NCBI GenBank assembly: GCA_951406725.2
Contig: OX597836.1
Coordinates: 13,764,001-13,828,000, forward strand
Source of the DNA: Octopus vulgaris
Taxonomy: Eukaryota
DNA: 64,000 nt
Reading direction: 5' to 3'
The notes beneath the pieces are model-generated. The model saw only the letters and a program-made list of their open reading frames with translations. It searched no databases and was not told the DNA's origin. Of the stretch, positions 26,491 to 39,938 are shown one piece after another; the first letter of the stretch is position 1; every line of letters begins with the position of its first letter. The position numbers and the translations under genes were made by a program.

Positions 26491-26888
26491 CTAGCAGAAT
26501 CGCCTGGCGTTGCTCGGGTTTGTTTGTTTTTCGACCCTTTAGAATTGGAATTTTTGAAAAGTAAAACTTTTGCATTATGTTGCTTGTTATTCTCTTTCGG
26601 TGAACATTTTTCTGGTTGAAATACACCGAAAAATGGCAACACAGCAGTCAAAAAATCGTAAAAAATAGGGATTTTCATAGAAAAAAAGCACCCTTTTGAG
26701 GTAAATAATTTTTGGTGTTAACATGGTCCGATTTGAATTTTTTCTTCTAGAGAATGAAGAGCAAGCCTTCTTCTATCATGCTCTCAATTTTGGTCAACTT
26801 GCACAGAAGGGTCTCGAAGGAGATAGTGTTAGTTGAAGGCTACCAAACCTACCATACACAGACAACTTCAACTTTATATAGAGAGAGA
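26491..26888 (-). mobile_element. Non-autonomous Helitron
   Basis: On the minus strand: 5' TC start, subterminal GC-rich hairpin (CCCGAGCAACGCCAGG), 3' CTAG, inserted between A and T, no TSD. Confidence 0.75.
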
Positions 26889-27049
26889 TAATGGGGAGTA
26901 AAACACATAATTCAAAAGATGAAAAACATTTAATTACACAACATAAATAAGGGTGATCCATCCACAAAGAGTGTGGAGCTTCCACACCTTGTTATAATGA
27001 GGATATCCCATAGTTTTGATCACCTTTCCTCTCATCACCTTCTGCAAAA

Positions 27050-28795
27050 TGAAGTTCCAAGAATTTGCCCAAGAGGATCTTCAGGTGAACCACACAAAGC
27101 TTCTCACACCCAGTCAGGCCAGCAGTTCCTAATAGCTGGGTATATAGGCTTCTGGTGTTTGAATTTTGCCAAGCCAGCAATCTACCATTTCTACTTATTC
27201 CAGATAATCTTCTTCCAGGAATTTGTCCCTTATATTCTGTCAGGGTCAGTGGTTCTTAATACTGATGTGTAATAGACTAACAGTGCTTGTTTATTTTACC
27301 AAGCAAACAATTCACCATTTGTGTTTATTCCAGATAATTTTTCAGGAATTTCGCTGTGAGTATTTTCAGGTGAACCATGAAGTCCCCTATGTCCTGTTGG
27401 GCACGGGGGTAGGTAGTCGTTCTTAATATTGATGTGTAATAGACTCATGGTGCTTGTTTTTACCAAACCAGTAATCCACCATTTGTCTTTATTCCAGATA
27501 ATCTTTGCTTCTCTTTTCTTCCAGGGATTTGCCTGTAAGGGTCTTTAGGTGGACCATGAAGACCCCTATATCCTGACAGGGTTAGTGGTTTTTAACACAG
27601 CTGCGTATACAGACTTGTGGTGTTTGTTTTTACCAAGCCAGCAATCCACATAATTTTGGCTTTCTTCCAGGGATTTGCCTGTAAGGGACCATGAAGACGG
27701 GTTGAGCTGGCAGAAATGTTAGCACGCCAAGCGAAATGCTTAGCGGTATTTCATCTGCCGCTACATTCCGAGTTCAAATTCTGCCAAGGTCGACTTTACC
27801 TTTCATCCTTTCGGGGTCGATTAAATAAGTACCAGTTATGCACTGAGGTCAATATAATCGACTTAATCCGTTTGTCTGTTCTTGTTTGTCCTCCCTGCGT
27901 TTAGCCCCTTGTGGGCAGTAAAGAAATAGGTGAACGATCAAGACCCCTATATCCTGACAGGGTCAGAGGTTTTTAACACAGCTGCATATACAGACTTGTG
28001 GTGTTTGTTTTTACCAAGCCAGCAATCCACATAATCTTTGCTTCTCTCTTCTTCCAGGGATTTACCTGTAAGGGTCTTTAGGTGGACCATGAAGACCCCT
28101 ATATCCTGACAGGGTTAGTGGTTTTTAACACAGCTGTGTATACAGACTTGTGGTGTTTGTTTTTACCAAACAATCAATCCACATAATCTTTGCTTCTCTC
28201 TTCTTCCAGGTACTTGCGTTTAGCCCCTTGTGGGTAGTAAAGAAATAGGTGAACCATCAAGACCCCTATATCCTGACAGGGTTGGTGGTTTTTAACACAG
28301 CTGTGTATACAGACTTGTGTTTGTTTTTACCAAACCATCAATCCACATAATCTTTGCTTCTCTCTTCTTCCAGGTACTTGTGTTTAGCCCCTTGTGAGTA
28401 GTAAAGAAATAGGTGAACCATCGAGACCCCTATATCCTGACAGGGTTAGTGGTTTTTAACACAGCTGTGTATACAGACTTGTGGTGTTTGTTTTTACCAA
28501 ATCAGCAATCCACATAATCTTTGCTTCTCTCTTCTTCCAGGTACTTGCCTGTAAGTCTTCATGGTCCACCTAAAGACCCTTATATCCTGACAGGGTTAGA
28601 GGTTTTTAACACAGCTGTGTATACAGACTTGTGGTGCTTGTTTTTACCAAGCCAGCAATCCACACAATCTTTGCTTCTCTCTTCTTCCATGTACTTGCCC
28701 ATAAGGTCTTTAGGTGGACCATGAAGACCCCTAGTGGTTTTTAGCACAGCTGTGTATACAGACTTGTGGTGCTTGTTTTTACCAAGCCAGCACTC
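27050..28795. repeat. Tandem array of ~135-180 bp units (about 10), interrupted by a Nin-SINE at 27700-27930
   Basis: Recurring GACCCCTATATCCTGACAGGGTTAGTGGTTTTTAACACAGCTG...TCTCTTCTTCCAG; unit starts ~27373, 27553, 27932, 28085, 28251, 28414, 28567 and 28717, with degenerate units to the left. Confidence 0.92.
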
Positions 28796-29352
28796 AACTA
28801 TTTCGGGCTGTCCTATACAATCTGTACCTGTCACCTCAATCATTATCACAGTTATTTGTCTTGTCACCTGTCAAATTATGACTGTCCACTGTTAATAATT
28901 GTGTCTGATTAATTATCATAGTTTTTTTTTTGTTTTGTTCAACTGTTTATCTTTTATTCATTTATTGATAATTGCTTTTTGTGTTTACAGACATTTTCAA
29001 ACATCTTGCAACAATATAACCTTTGTGATTAGTACCTCCACCAGCTTCCTCTGAGGTGGCCACATAGAAACCATTAATAACAAACTGTAGCAAGATGGAT
29101 GTTTGTAATGGCTGTGTGGTTATGAAGCTTACTTTGTAACCTCATGATTTCAGGTTCAGTCACACAGTGCAGCACCATGGGCAAGTGCCTTCTACTATAT
29201 ACCCAGGTCAACCAAAGGTTTCTGAGTGAATTAGTTAGGCAGAAAATGTATGGAAGCCTGCCATGTAATATATATATATATATATTGATAAAACCGTAAG
29301 ACAACAAAAGAAAGAAAGAAACCTCGATATTATGTAAATAGAGGAATTTATC

Positions 29353-29560
29353 TGTAAATGTAATATGTGACAATTATTCGGTAGCCAAGATAAAACTCCG
29401 AGTTTCGGATGCCGAAGTGGAAATCCATGCAGCCATCTCTTCAGTTATCTGTCCATTCCGATGGCCAGATAACTGAAGAGATGGTGGCGTGGATTTCCGC
29501 CTCGGCATCCGAAACTCGGAGTTTTATCTTGGCTACCGAATAATTGTCACATATTACAGT

Positions 29561-29564
<4 letters not shown>
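29353..29564. mobile_element. Fold-back with 104-bp near-perfect arms and 4-nt loop, Penelope-like
   Basis: 29353-29456 is reverse-complementary to 29461-29564 with few mismatches; loop TCCG; (TA)n directly to the right. Confidence 0.85.
29464..29533 (+). ncRNA. Type-I hammerhead-like motif (mirror copy on the minus strand at ~29384-29453)
   Basis: GCCAGATAA-CTGAAGA-GATG...CATC-C-GAAA-CTCGGAG-TT-TTATCTTGGC: stem I AGATAA/TTATCT, stem II GATG/CATC with an extra C before GAAA, GUU triplet. Confidence 0.6.
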
Positions 29565-29602
<38 letters not shown>

Positions 29603-29832
29603 CCTTGCCTTCGAAACGTGGATTAGTTGAAAGAGGGACAACTGAAGAAGGGAATATTCTTTATGTTGTATGTTTCGTTTCTGTTTTTTTTTTTTCGTTG
29701 TTCGAAAAAAAGTTCGTTTTTCTGAGTTTTTGTTTCCATTTCTCATTGCGTTAAATGTTTCTTTGATGTCCTGTACCCATATATGCATGTATATATATGT
29801 ATGTATGTATATATGCATATATTTATGTTATT

Positions 29833-29868
<36 letters not shown>

Positions 29869-30909
29869 TTTAATATACATAATTATAAAAGAGCAACTAA
29901 TAGTTTCATGCTTTAACATACATTAAATTGGCAGATTTATATAACATACCATGTACCTTTTGTAATTATGTATATTAAATTATGTTTATCCTTCACTTTT
30001 TGGAGTATCTTGTTTGTTGATCCTTCCTATAATGGAACTGTAAACTCTGTGTGTGTGTGTGTGTGTGTAATGCTTGTTTTTATGTTCAGTTATAATAAAA
30101 ACAATTATACATTAATCTGATGAGTTGCCCCATGCTTTTGTAGAGTTCAAATTTATACGTAAAAAGCACCCACTACACTCACGGAGTGGTTGGCGTTAGG
30201 AAGGGCATCCAGCTGTAGAAACATTGCCAGATTAGACTGGAGCCTGGTGCAGCCTTCTGGCTTCCCAGAACCCCGGTCGAACCGTCCAACCCATGCTAGC
30301 ATGGAGAACGGACGTTAAACGACGATGATGATGATGATATACTAGAATGCTGTTGACTGACTTCAAATTTTGGGACAGTTAAGAGGGGAACATATAAACA
30401 TACAACCTTTACTCAAATACTTTTGTGAACATCAAAGCACAAGAAAAACTATTTCCAAAACTACTAACAAAGCCATGATGTGTTTTTTAAGTAATAACCC
30501 CCACCTTCACAAATGAAAATAAGCACATAAATGATCAACCTGAACTTACCTGCTACCTACATTCTTTTATGAAATAAAGCTGACACACCAAATTACTAAG
30601 GGCTTAAATACAGGGCTTCCTACCTTTGACCTTTACACTGTCAAAGCAAAAGATTAACTCCAATAATACCAAAAGCAACAAAAATACTGTCACACCTTGT
30701 GCCCACCTGATGAAAGAGAGACACCTACAGGCATGAATAAATTCTAAACAATATCATAACCCCAAAATTCAATCAATGAAATACTAAATACCCAATTATC
30801 ACCCCACTCAAAACCACACACCCAAAGATGATTTTAACTCGGAAGAGACTTACATAAGTCTCTTAGGCAAGTGCTTTGTACGTGATGCCAATATGGATGC
30901 ATTGTATGT

Positions 30910-31240
30910 GGCGCATGGCTCAGTGGTTAGAGCGTCGAGCTTACGATCGTGAGGTTGTCAGCTCGAATCCCAGACCAGGCTGCGCGTTGTGTTCTTGAGC
31001 AAGGCACTTTATTTCACGTTGCTCCAGTTCACTCAGCTGTAGAAATGAGTTGCAACATCACTGGTGCCAAGCTGTATCGACCTTTGTCTTTCCCTTGGAT
31101 AACACTGGTGGCGTGGAGAGGGGAGGCTGGTATGCATGGGCGACTGCTGGTCTTCCATAAACAACCTCGCCCGGACTTGTGTCTAGGAGGGTAACTTTCT
31201 AGGTGCAATCCCATGGTCTGTGTCGTGACCGAAGGGGGTC
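30910..31240 (+). mobile_element. tRNA-derived Meta/MESC-type SINE
   Basis: GGCGCATGGCTCAGTGGTTAGAGCG head; 'TGTGTTCTTGAGCAAG.CACTTTA' central domain. Related copies at 13511-13880 (+), 20340-20572 (-), 39075-39310 (-) and 48583-49180 (two tandem, +). Confidence 0.75.
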
Positions 31241-31326
31241 TCCGTATGTGGCACCAGCATGGGTGCTTTTTATATGGTACCAGTACCTGCCGAGTGGCCT
31301 GCAAGGCAAGGATGTCTCAACTGACA

Positions 31327-31690
31327 GAGGGAGAGGAACTGGGAGATGTGGCCATGTACCAGGTGAGAGATTGGGGTATGATAGGGAGTCGGGGGCAGCT
31401 GTCTTACTAGAGAGGAACTACATGGATGCTCCAGTTGAAAGATGGATGTGACCCGTGATATTCTGATGAAATGGGAGAAAGAAATGCCTGAAATTTTGGT
31501 GAGGTTATAGGTTGAGGAGGGAGAGGAACTTGGAGATGTGGCCATGTACCAGGTGAGAGATTGGGGTATGATAGTGAATCAAGGGTAGCTGTCTTACTAG
31601 GGTGGAACTACATGGATACTCCAGTAGGATAAGGTAGTGAAGGAAAGTGGGAGAAAGAAATGCCTGAAATTTTGGTGAGGTTATAGGTCG
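31327..31690. repeat. Tandem duplication of ~190 bp
   Basis: GAGGGAGAGGAACT...GAAATTTTGGTGAGGTTATAGGT occurs twice. Confidence 0.85.
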
Positions 31691-31870
31691 AGTACATCGA
31701 CCCCAGTGTTTCACTGGTATTTAATTTATTGACTCCAAAAGGATGAAAGGCAAAGTCAACCTTAGCGGAATTTGAACTCAGAACGTAATGCCGGACGGAA
31801 CAACGCTAAGCATTTCGTCTAGCATGCTAACAATTCTGCCAGCTTGCTGCCTCAACAACAACTACTACTG

Positions 31871-31914
<44 letters not shown>

Positions 31915-32789
31915 GCTACTACTATCACTACAGATTGTGCAGAATAAAGAACAGCTCAAGCAAAAAAAAAAAACAAAATGCTGTTATTAATGCATTTGGA
32001 AAATTGCCTCTTCTCTGACTCCTTCCTCATCTATCAGCTGGTTGGCCAGTTCTCCACCTGCCAGTCAGTCTGTCTGTCTGTCTGTCTGCCCATTCTATTC
32101 TATTCCATATTCCACAAATGCCCTTTCTACCCCTCTCTCTTCTCTCTCTCCCTCCCTCTCTCACAGCCATCCAAACCAAATTTTAATTGCTTGATGCAGA
32201 AAAAAACAAAAAACAAACAGGAAAAACAAGAGGAAAAAATACCTAAAAGATATATAAAAAAAAACAACAACACAAAAATAAAACCAAAACAGTAACCCAG
32301 AAATCTAGGTTAAGCTTACATGACAGATACTGTTGTTTTTGTGTGTGTGTAAGTTAGCTAGAGATAAGCTGAGAGACAACAGACTCTTTAGGGTAATGTC
32401 TATCTATTCCACTCTCTCCACACACCACACACACACCTTTAGTTACCCTTGGTAGTTTTTGGGTGGATGTTTATGGCTGGTTGGTTGGTTTGTTGGCTGG
32501 CTGACTGGCTCAGTTTGGCCTGGCTTGGCTTGGCTTGGCTTGGTTTGGCTATCACTAGTTGAGGATGATTGGTCTGGTGTTAGTTATATTTAGTTGATCT
32601 CTTAGATAAATAATTATCCCCACTCTCCACACCCCAATACAACTGTCTGGAATTAGCCAGAGAGAGAGAGAAGGAGAGAGATCTGCTCCCCGACAGCAGA
32701 AAATAGCCATTCCTGGTTACCCACTACAAGAAGGAGATTATTAACCATGGGTCGTTGAGCTGGCATTAAGGTGGTATGGTAAGCTGGCA

Positions 32790-33446
32790 TTGTCAGTGCA
32801 TCAGACAAAATGCTTAGTGGCACTATTTTCAGCTCCTTATATTCCGAGTTCAAATCCTGCTGAGGTTGGCTTTGCCTTTTCATCCTTTTGGGGGCAATAA
32901 AATAAAATACATGTCGAGTACTGGGGATGGATGTGTAATCGGCTTACCCCACCCTGCTAAAATTACTGGCTTTGTACCAAAATTTGAAACCATTAAGATG
33001 GCAAACTGGTGGGATTGTTAGTGCATCGAACAAAATGCTTTGTAGAATTTCTTCCAACTTTATGTTCCAAGGTTGATTTTGCCTTTCATCCTCTCAGGGT
33101 CAATAAAACAAGTACCCATTGAACACTGGGGTTGATGTAAGTGGCTTACTCCATCATGCTAAAATTACTGGCCTTGTGCCAAAATTGGAAACCACAAAGG
33201 CCCCGAACTGGTAGAATTGTTAGCACATCAGACAAAATGTTTAGCGACATTTCTTCCTGCTCTCTATGCTCTGAGTTCAAATCCTGCTGAAGTTGACTTT
33301 GCCTTTTATCCAAACATTCCTGAAAGTTTCATCTGAATCCATCCAGTAGTTCTTGAGATATCTTGTCCACAGACAAACAAACAAACAAACACAACTAAAA
33401 ACAATACCTCCACCTTCGCTAGGGTGGAGGTAATAACAATAACAAT

Positions 33447-33479
<33 letters not shown>

Positions 33480-33910
33480 CCTTTCTACTGGCAACACAAG
33501 GCCTCAAATTTGGGGGAAGGGATTAAGTCGATTACATCGACCCCAATGCATAACTGCCTTTCATCCTTTTGGGGTCGATTAAATAAGTACCAAAGTCAAC
33601 CCCAGTGGAGTTTGAACTCAGAACGTAGCGGCAGACAAAATACCACTAAGCATTTCACCTGGCATGCAAACGATTCTGGTAGCTCACCACCCTAATAATA
33701 ATAATAATAATAATAATGATAATAATAATAATAAAGGTGTTAGAGCACTGAAGGCCAGATGTAGTAACTGGGACTTTATTTAATTGACCCCAAAAGGATG
33801 AAAGGCAAAGTCAACCTCGGCAGAATTTGGAATCAGATCGTAAAGACAGACAAAATGCCGCTAAGTATTTTGCTCAGTGTGCTAACATTTCTGCCAGCTC
33901 GCCACCTTAA
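32790..33910. mobile_element. Nin-domain SINE cluster (plus-strand copies followed by minus-strand copies)
   Basis: Three partial plus copies at 32790-33310 and two minus copies at 33480-33910. Confidence 0.7.
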
Positions 33911-35077
33911 TAATAATAATAACAATAATAATAATTACTGATTTCACAGAATAAAGATTAGCTCAATAAGGAAAAAAGAAGAAATGCAATGTTATAATTG
34001 CATTTGGAAAACTGTCTTGTCTCCAACTGTTTTCCTTCTCTACTGGTCAGTTATCAGATAAGATCAAAGCAATTAAGACAAGGATTGGACAGGTCACAGG
34101 TCAGGACTGGCTGTTTATGGTGAAATCAAACATGCAACATCAAATTAAAAAAAAAAAACGTGTTATCCTCAGGGTAGTTACTGTAAGGGAGAAAATCATT
34201 TTTGTCAAGTCATGGGAAGGTTAGAAATTTGAATTTTCAATTGAATAAGCACAGAAATGGTTGTGTGGTAAGAAGCTTGCTTCCCTACCACATGGATCTG
34301 GGTTCAGTCCCATTGTTTGGTACCTTGGGCAAGTGTCTTCTACTAGTCCCACGCCAACCAAACCCTTGTGAGTGGATCTGGCAGATGGAAACTGAAAGAA
34401 GCCTGTCATGTATCTGTGTGTGTGCGTGTGTGTGCGTGTGCGTTTTTGTTTCACCACCACTTGACATCTTGTGTTGGTTTGTTTACATCCCCATAACTTA
34501 GCAGAATAAGTAACAGACTTAAAAAAACATCAAGTACTGGAGTTGATTTGTTTGACAAAATCCTTCAAGGCAGAGCTCCAGCTGGCCGTAGTCCAATGAC
34601 TAAAAATAATATAAAGCAGTAACAAAAATAATGATGCAGTGATTATTCTGTTCTTTTATTCTTTTACTTGTTTCAGTCGTTAGACTGCGGCCATGCTGGA
34701 GCACCGCCTCAACAGGTTTTAGTCAAAGAAATCAACCCAAGGACTTATTCTTTATAAACCTAATACTTATTCTATTGGTCTTTTTTGCCGACCCACTAAG
34801 TTACAGGAACATAAACAAACCAACATCAGTTGTCAAGTGATAGCGGGGGGAGGGACAAACACACACACACACACACAGATATATATCATCATCATCATCG
34901 TTTAACATCCATCTTTTATGTATGCATGGGTACAACAGTTGACAAGAGCTGGCCAGGTAGAAAATCTATCCTAGGCTATTGTGTCTGTTTTGGCAGGGAT
35001 TCTATGGCTGGAGGCCCTTCCAAACACCAACCACTCTGAAGAGTGGACTCAGTGCTTTTTACATATATATATATATA

Positions 35078-35136
<59 letters not shown>

Positions 35137-37358
35137 ATACAACAGGTTTCTTTCAGTTTCTGTCTACCAAATCCACTCACGAGGTTTTGGTCTGTCCAAG
35201 GCTAAGTATCTGGCCCCCAAGTGTTCTTGTGTAATGTTCAAACTGACCGAGTCTGGCCTTTCATACCTACCCTACAATGTCATTCTAAACGAAAACAATT
35301 ATACTGTTGAAATCTCAAAACTATGAGATAATGCATGATTAAGTCAAGATGATGTGAACAAATAAGCATCTCATTTGACAGAAGGATCTGAATGCTAAAG
35401 GGTCGTTAAAAGAACGCTGAAGGTGACTTATGTAGATAGAGTAACAAACAATTTGGTACTCAAATGAGCAAATATTACCAGTGATAAGGAGCCTTATCAG
35501 CTGGTTTCAGAAAGATCATCCCAATAATGTGCTATGTTGTGTAGGACAGATGGACATGGGGGCTTGTAATCACTGGTGCTTATAGACATGGTACATGACG
35601 AGGGAGGTTAGATATAATCAAAACTGGACACAGGCAGCTAGCTCGTTGAAACTGGTCCAAAGTAGTCAAACATTATTGGGATATAATTATCTGTTTCTTT
35701 ACTACCCACAAGGGGCCAAACATAGAGGGAACAAACAAGGACAGACAAATGGATTAAGTCGATTACATCAACCCCAGTGTGTAATTGGTACTTAATTTAT
35801 CGCCTCTTGTAGGTAGTAAAGAAATAGGTACTTAATTTATCGACCCCGAAAGGATGAAAGGTAAAGTCAACCTCGGCGGAATTTGAACTCAGAACGTAAC
35901 GGCAGACGAAATACGGCTACACATTTTGGCCGGCGTACTAACGTTTCTGCCAGCTTGTCTTGGGATATAATTATCGAGGCAAAAGGTGCCCAAATATAGG
36001 CAATATTGATCAGAGATAATGAGATAATGACTATCATTGGCCATGATAAATAGAGGTGGGTGTTATTGGCTTGTGTGAGCATCACTGATAACCACTAACC
36101 AAAGTCACTATTAGCTTGATTTAGCTACACAAAGATAACATTTACCAGAGATGGGTGTGTGGTCATCATTAGTCATTTGATTAATGATGCCACACATGAG
36201 ACAGAAGAGAAGTTCGCATTTTGGTGGGGAAGAGGGGTTGGGAATAGGTGTGAGAGCAGGGGCCCTGGAGGGGAAGACAGTATATGTAACACCAAGAGGA
36301 GTGACAGAAGTGTCAGATGATCCTAGGGGTCAGTAGTATGCAACTCCAGAAGATCGAAAACCATTACAATAGTAATGGAATAGGTAGAGGGAAAGGGCAG
36401 CAGAGTCTGTGGACCAAAAGTTGGTGTATGTTGCTGATTGGGGGAGCTTGTACTTATTCTATAAGTATCTTTTGTCAAACTGCTATGCTACAGGGATATA
36501 AACAAACCAACACCAGTTTTCAAACAGTGGGGGGGTGGGAGTCATATACAAGCAAAAGACACAACAGACTTTCACACAGTTTCTGGTCCACAAATTTACT
36601 CACAAGGTGTTGATCAACCAAAGGCTATAGAAGAAGACGCTTAACCAAAGTGCTGTGCAGAAGGACTGAAATCATCTGGTTGCAAAATGAACTTCTTAAT
36701 CACACAACCAATCCTGCATCTGCAGTGATTGTGTTGGTTTGTTTACATCCCCATAACTTAGCAGTTTGGTAAAAGAGAACAGCTGAATAAGTAACAGACT
36801 TTAAAAACATCAAGTACCTGAGTTGATTTGTTTGACAAAACTTATTATTGTGTCTTTATGATACTTTGTCTGTCATGTCTGACCACAGGGTTCCACATCT
36901 CTCTTCATGGACATTCCGAAGACTAGGAATGGTCAAAGACGGACAGTAAGGAATAAAGGTTAACCAGAAATGCCTTGAGATGGCTTAGTGAGCGAAGAAC
37001 AACCGAATAACCAACTACAGACATAAATAGTCAGAAATAATTGGGAAAGATTATCAGAGATAAACAGAACATATTTAGAGACAGCAATAGAAAAAAAAAA
37101 TATGAAATAAAAAAAAAATAGATAAATAAATCCTAATGATAAGCAATGTGAACAAGAACCAACCAGAAACATGAGTGGCATAAAAGGATAAACAAACAAG
37201 AAACAAGCAGAGAGTTGTTAATCAGATATAGCTGGAGATAAACAGGATCTTTGTTTGGAATAATTCATGGCTGTGTGGTTAAGAGGCTTGCTTTGCAATC
37301 ATTTTGTTTCAGGTTCAGTCTCACTGTGTGCCACCCTGGGCAAGTTTTTTCTACTATA

Positions 37359-37531
37359 GGCGCAGGAGTGGTTGTGTGGTAAGTAGCTTGCTTACCAGCC
37401 ACATGGTTCCGGGTTCAGTCCTACTGCGTGGCACCTTGGGCAAGTGACTTCTACTATAGCCTTGGGCCGACCAAAGCCTTCTGAGTGGATTTGGTAGACG
37501 GAAACTGAAAGAAGCCCATCGTATATATGTG

Positions 37532-37571
<40 letters not shown>

Positions 37572-37775
37572 AGTGTGTGTGTGTTTGTGTGTCTGTCCCC
37601 CCAACCAATGCTGGTGTGTTTACGTCCCCGTCACTTAGCGGTTCGGCAAGAGAGATCGATAGAATAAGTACTAGGCTTACAAAGAATAAGCCTGGGTTGA
37701 TTTGCTTGACTCTAAAGGTGGTGCTCCAGCATGGCCGCAGTCAAATGACTGAAACAAATAAAAGAATAAAAGAAT
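37359..37775 (+). mobile_element. tRNA-derived CORE-type SINE, full length
   Basis: Starts GGCGCAGGAGTGG; same family as 16590-16992. Confidence 0.85.
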
Positions 37776-38507
37776 ATAGCCCTGGCCTAACCGATGCCTT
37801 GTGAGTGGATTTGGCAGACAGAAACTGGAAAAAACCCACCATATCATTTCACGTCTGTCTGTCCGTGTGTGTGCGTGCGCGCGTGCATGTGTGTGTATGT
37901 GTGCATGCTTGTGTATGTCTGTGACTATCTGTGTGTGTTTGCCTTCATTCCCCACCACCGTCTGACAACCGGTTTTAATTTTTTTATGACATCATAACTG
38001 TTTTTTTTTTTTTGGCAGTTTGGCAAAAAAGATCGAAATAACAAATAGTAGGCTTAAAAATATAAATACTGAGGTCAACTCATTCAGTTAAACACTTCAA
38101 GAAGGTGCCCCAGCATAGCCACAGTCCAATGACCAAAACACATAAATGATAAAAGATAAAGAGATTAAAGTACACTTAAGGAGATGGTGATGAGATGTGA
38201 ACATAAATAAACATCAAATCAATAACACCATTTGTCGAAATTTAAAGAATAAACCAGCAGTCCATATGGCCCCTGGGGATCCATATAAAATTTTTGAGGG
38301 TCCATGTAACAAAATAGTAAACTGGGGATCCACAACAGCTGGGTTTCTTTTTCTATCGTTTTACATAGGTCAGCTTAACAGAAGTAAATGCGGGGAAAAG
38401 CAAAATAGGAATTTTGAAAGGAGTTTCTAAAAACCTAGTTTTCAAACATCGGATGGCTTTAAGGGTCCACCAGAATAAAATAGTAATCAAAGGGATCTAT
38501 AGATAAA

Positions 38508-38926
38508 CGCGCAGGAGTAGCTGTGTGGTAGGTAGCTTGTTTACCAACCACATGGTTCCGGGTTCAGTCCCACTGCGTGGCACCTTGGGCAAGTGTCTTC
38601 TACTATAGCCTCGGGCCGACCAATGCCTTGTGAGTGGATTTGGTAGACGGAAACTGAAAGAAGCCCGTCGTATATATGTGTATATATATATATATATATA
38701 TGCGTGTGTGTGTTTGTGTCTGTGTTTGTCCTCCTAGCATTGCTTGACAACCGATGCTGGTGTGTTTATGTCCCCGTTACTTAGCGGTTCGGCAAAAGAG
38801 ACCGATAGAATAAGTACTGGGCTTACAAAAGAATAAGTCCCGGGGTCAAGTTGCTCGATTAAAGGCGGTGCTGCAGCATGGCCACAGTCAAAGGACTGAA
38901 ACAAGTAAAAGAATAAAAGAATAAAA
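38508..38926 (+). mobile_element. tRNA-derived CORE-type SINE, full length
   Basis: Same family; AATAAAAG-repeat tail. Confidence 0.85.
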
Positions 38927-39887
38927 ATGGTTTAGAGTCCCTGCAATAAACAGTTGTAGTCATGTAGGACACAGTAAGATGAGCAAATATAACTACTGTA
39001 AATCCTTGAGTATAGTTCGCCCTTAAGTAAGAAATAAGGGTTAACTAGAACTGCCTTGAGATGGCTTAGTGAGTGAGGAACAAATATTCTGTAAGGAGCA
39101 TAGGGCCAGTTTCCTCGTTTCTCTGGTGTATATATTCCTTCCAGGATGGGATGCCGGTCCATCTCAGGATTACTCGTTTTCATCAGCAAAATGGTCTGGA
39201 GCAAACTGAAATGAAGTGTTTTGCTCAAGAACACGGCACACCACCGGTCCAGGAATCGAAACCACAATCTTACTATTGTGAGTCCAACACTCTAACCACA
39301 GCCATGCACCTCAAGATTTCCATTAATGTGGACCGGATTAATTAGATGTGAACAAAAAAACAAAAGAAAAATGGTATTTATATTTTTTTAAATGATTTGG
39401 TCTGGAGGCATTCCAGGAGACATGAAATCAACTCAACTAATAATCAATAAATTAATTAGAATAATAACGATAAGCAGCAGGGAAAACATGGCATAAGTAC
39501 TTTCTGAGGAAGATAGAAAGGACAACGGACGTAATGTGGTTGATAACGAGAGGAATAAGATTTGGGGAGGGGTGGGGTTTAAGTGGGGTGGCAACAAACT
39601 AGATGGTTCTGAGAAGCAGAGCCCCCTCTAGTTATCCTCCTCTGCCTCGTCCTCATTTAACCTCTTCTTCGCTATGCTTGCATAAGTCTGACAGGATTTT
39701 GTTGAGGTAGATTTTCTATGGCTGGATGCCCTTTCTGTCACCAACCCTGAACTGTTTCCAAGCAAGTTAATAATATTTCCCCGTGATCAGACATTTTTCA
39801 TGAGAGATTAGAAGCGAACAGCATCGCTTGTATAACAGTGAGGCTCACTTACAGCCAACAAGTGATGTCAAGACAGGTTTACACACG

Positions 39888-39938
<51 letters not shown>

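Noticed and set aside
27050-28795. CRISPR-like array
   Set aside because: Units repeat along their whole length with no unique spacers, there are no cas genes, and the context is a eukaryotic intron. The same applies to 58730-59165.
30910-30985. tRNA genes at SINE heads (also 13630 and 37359)
   Set aside because: A/B boxes are present but there is no complete cloverleaf, and each continues into a multicopy SINE body.
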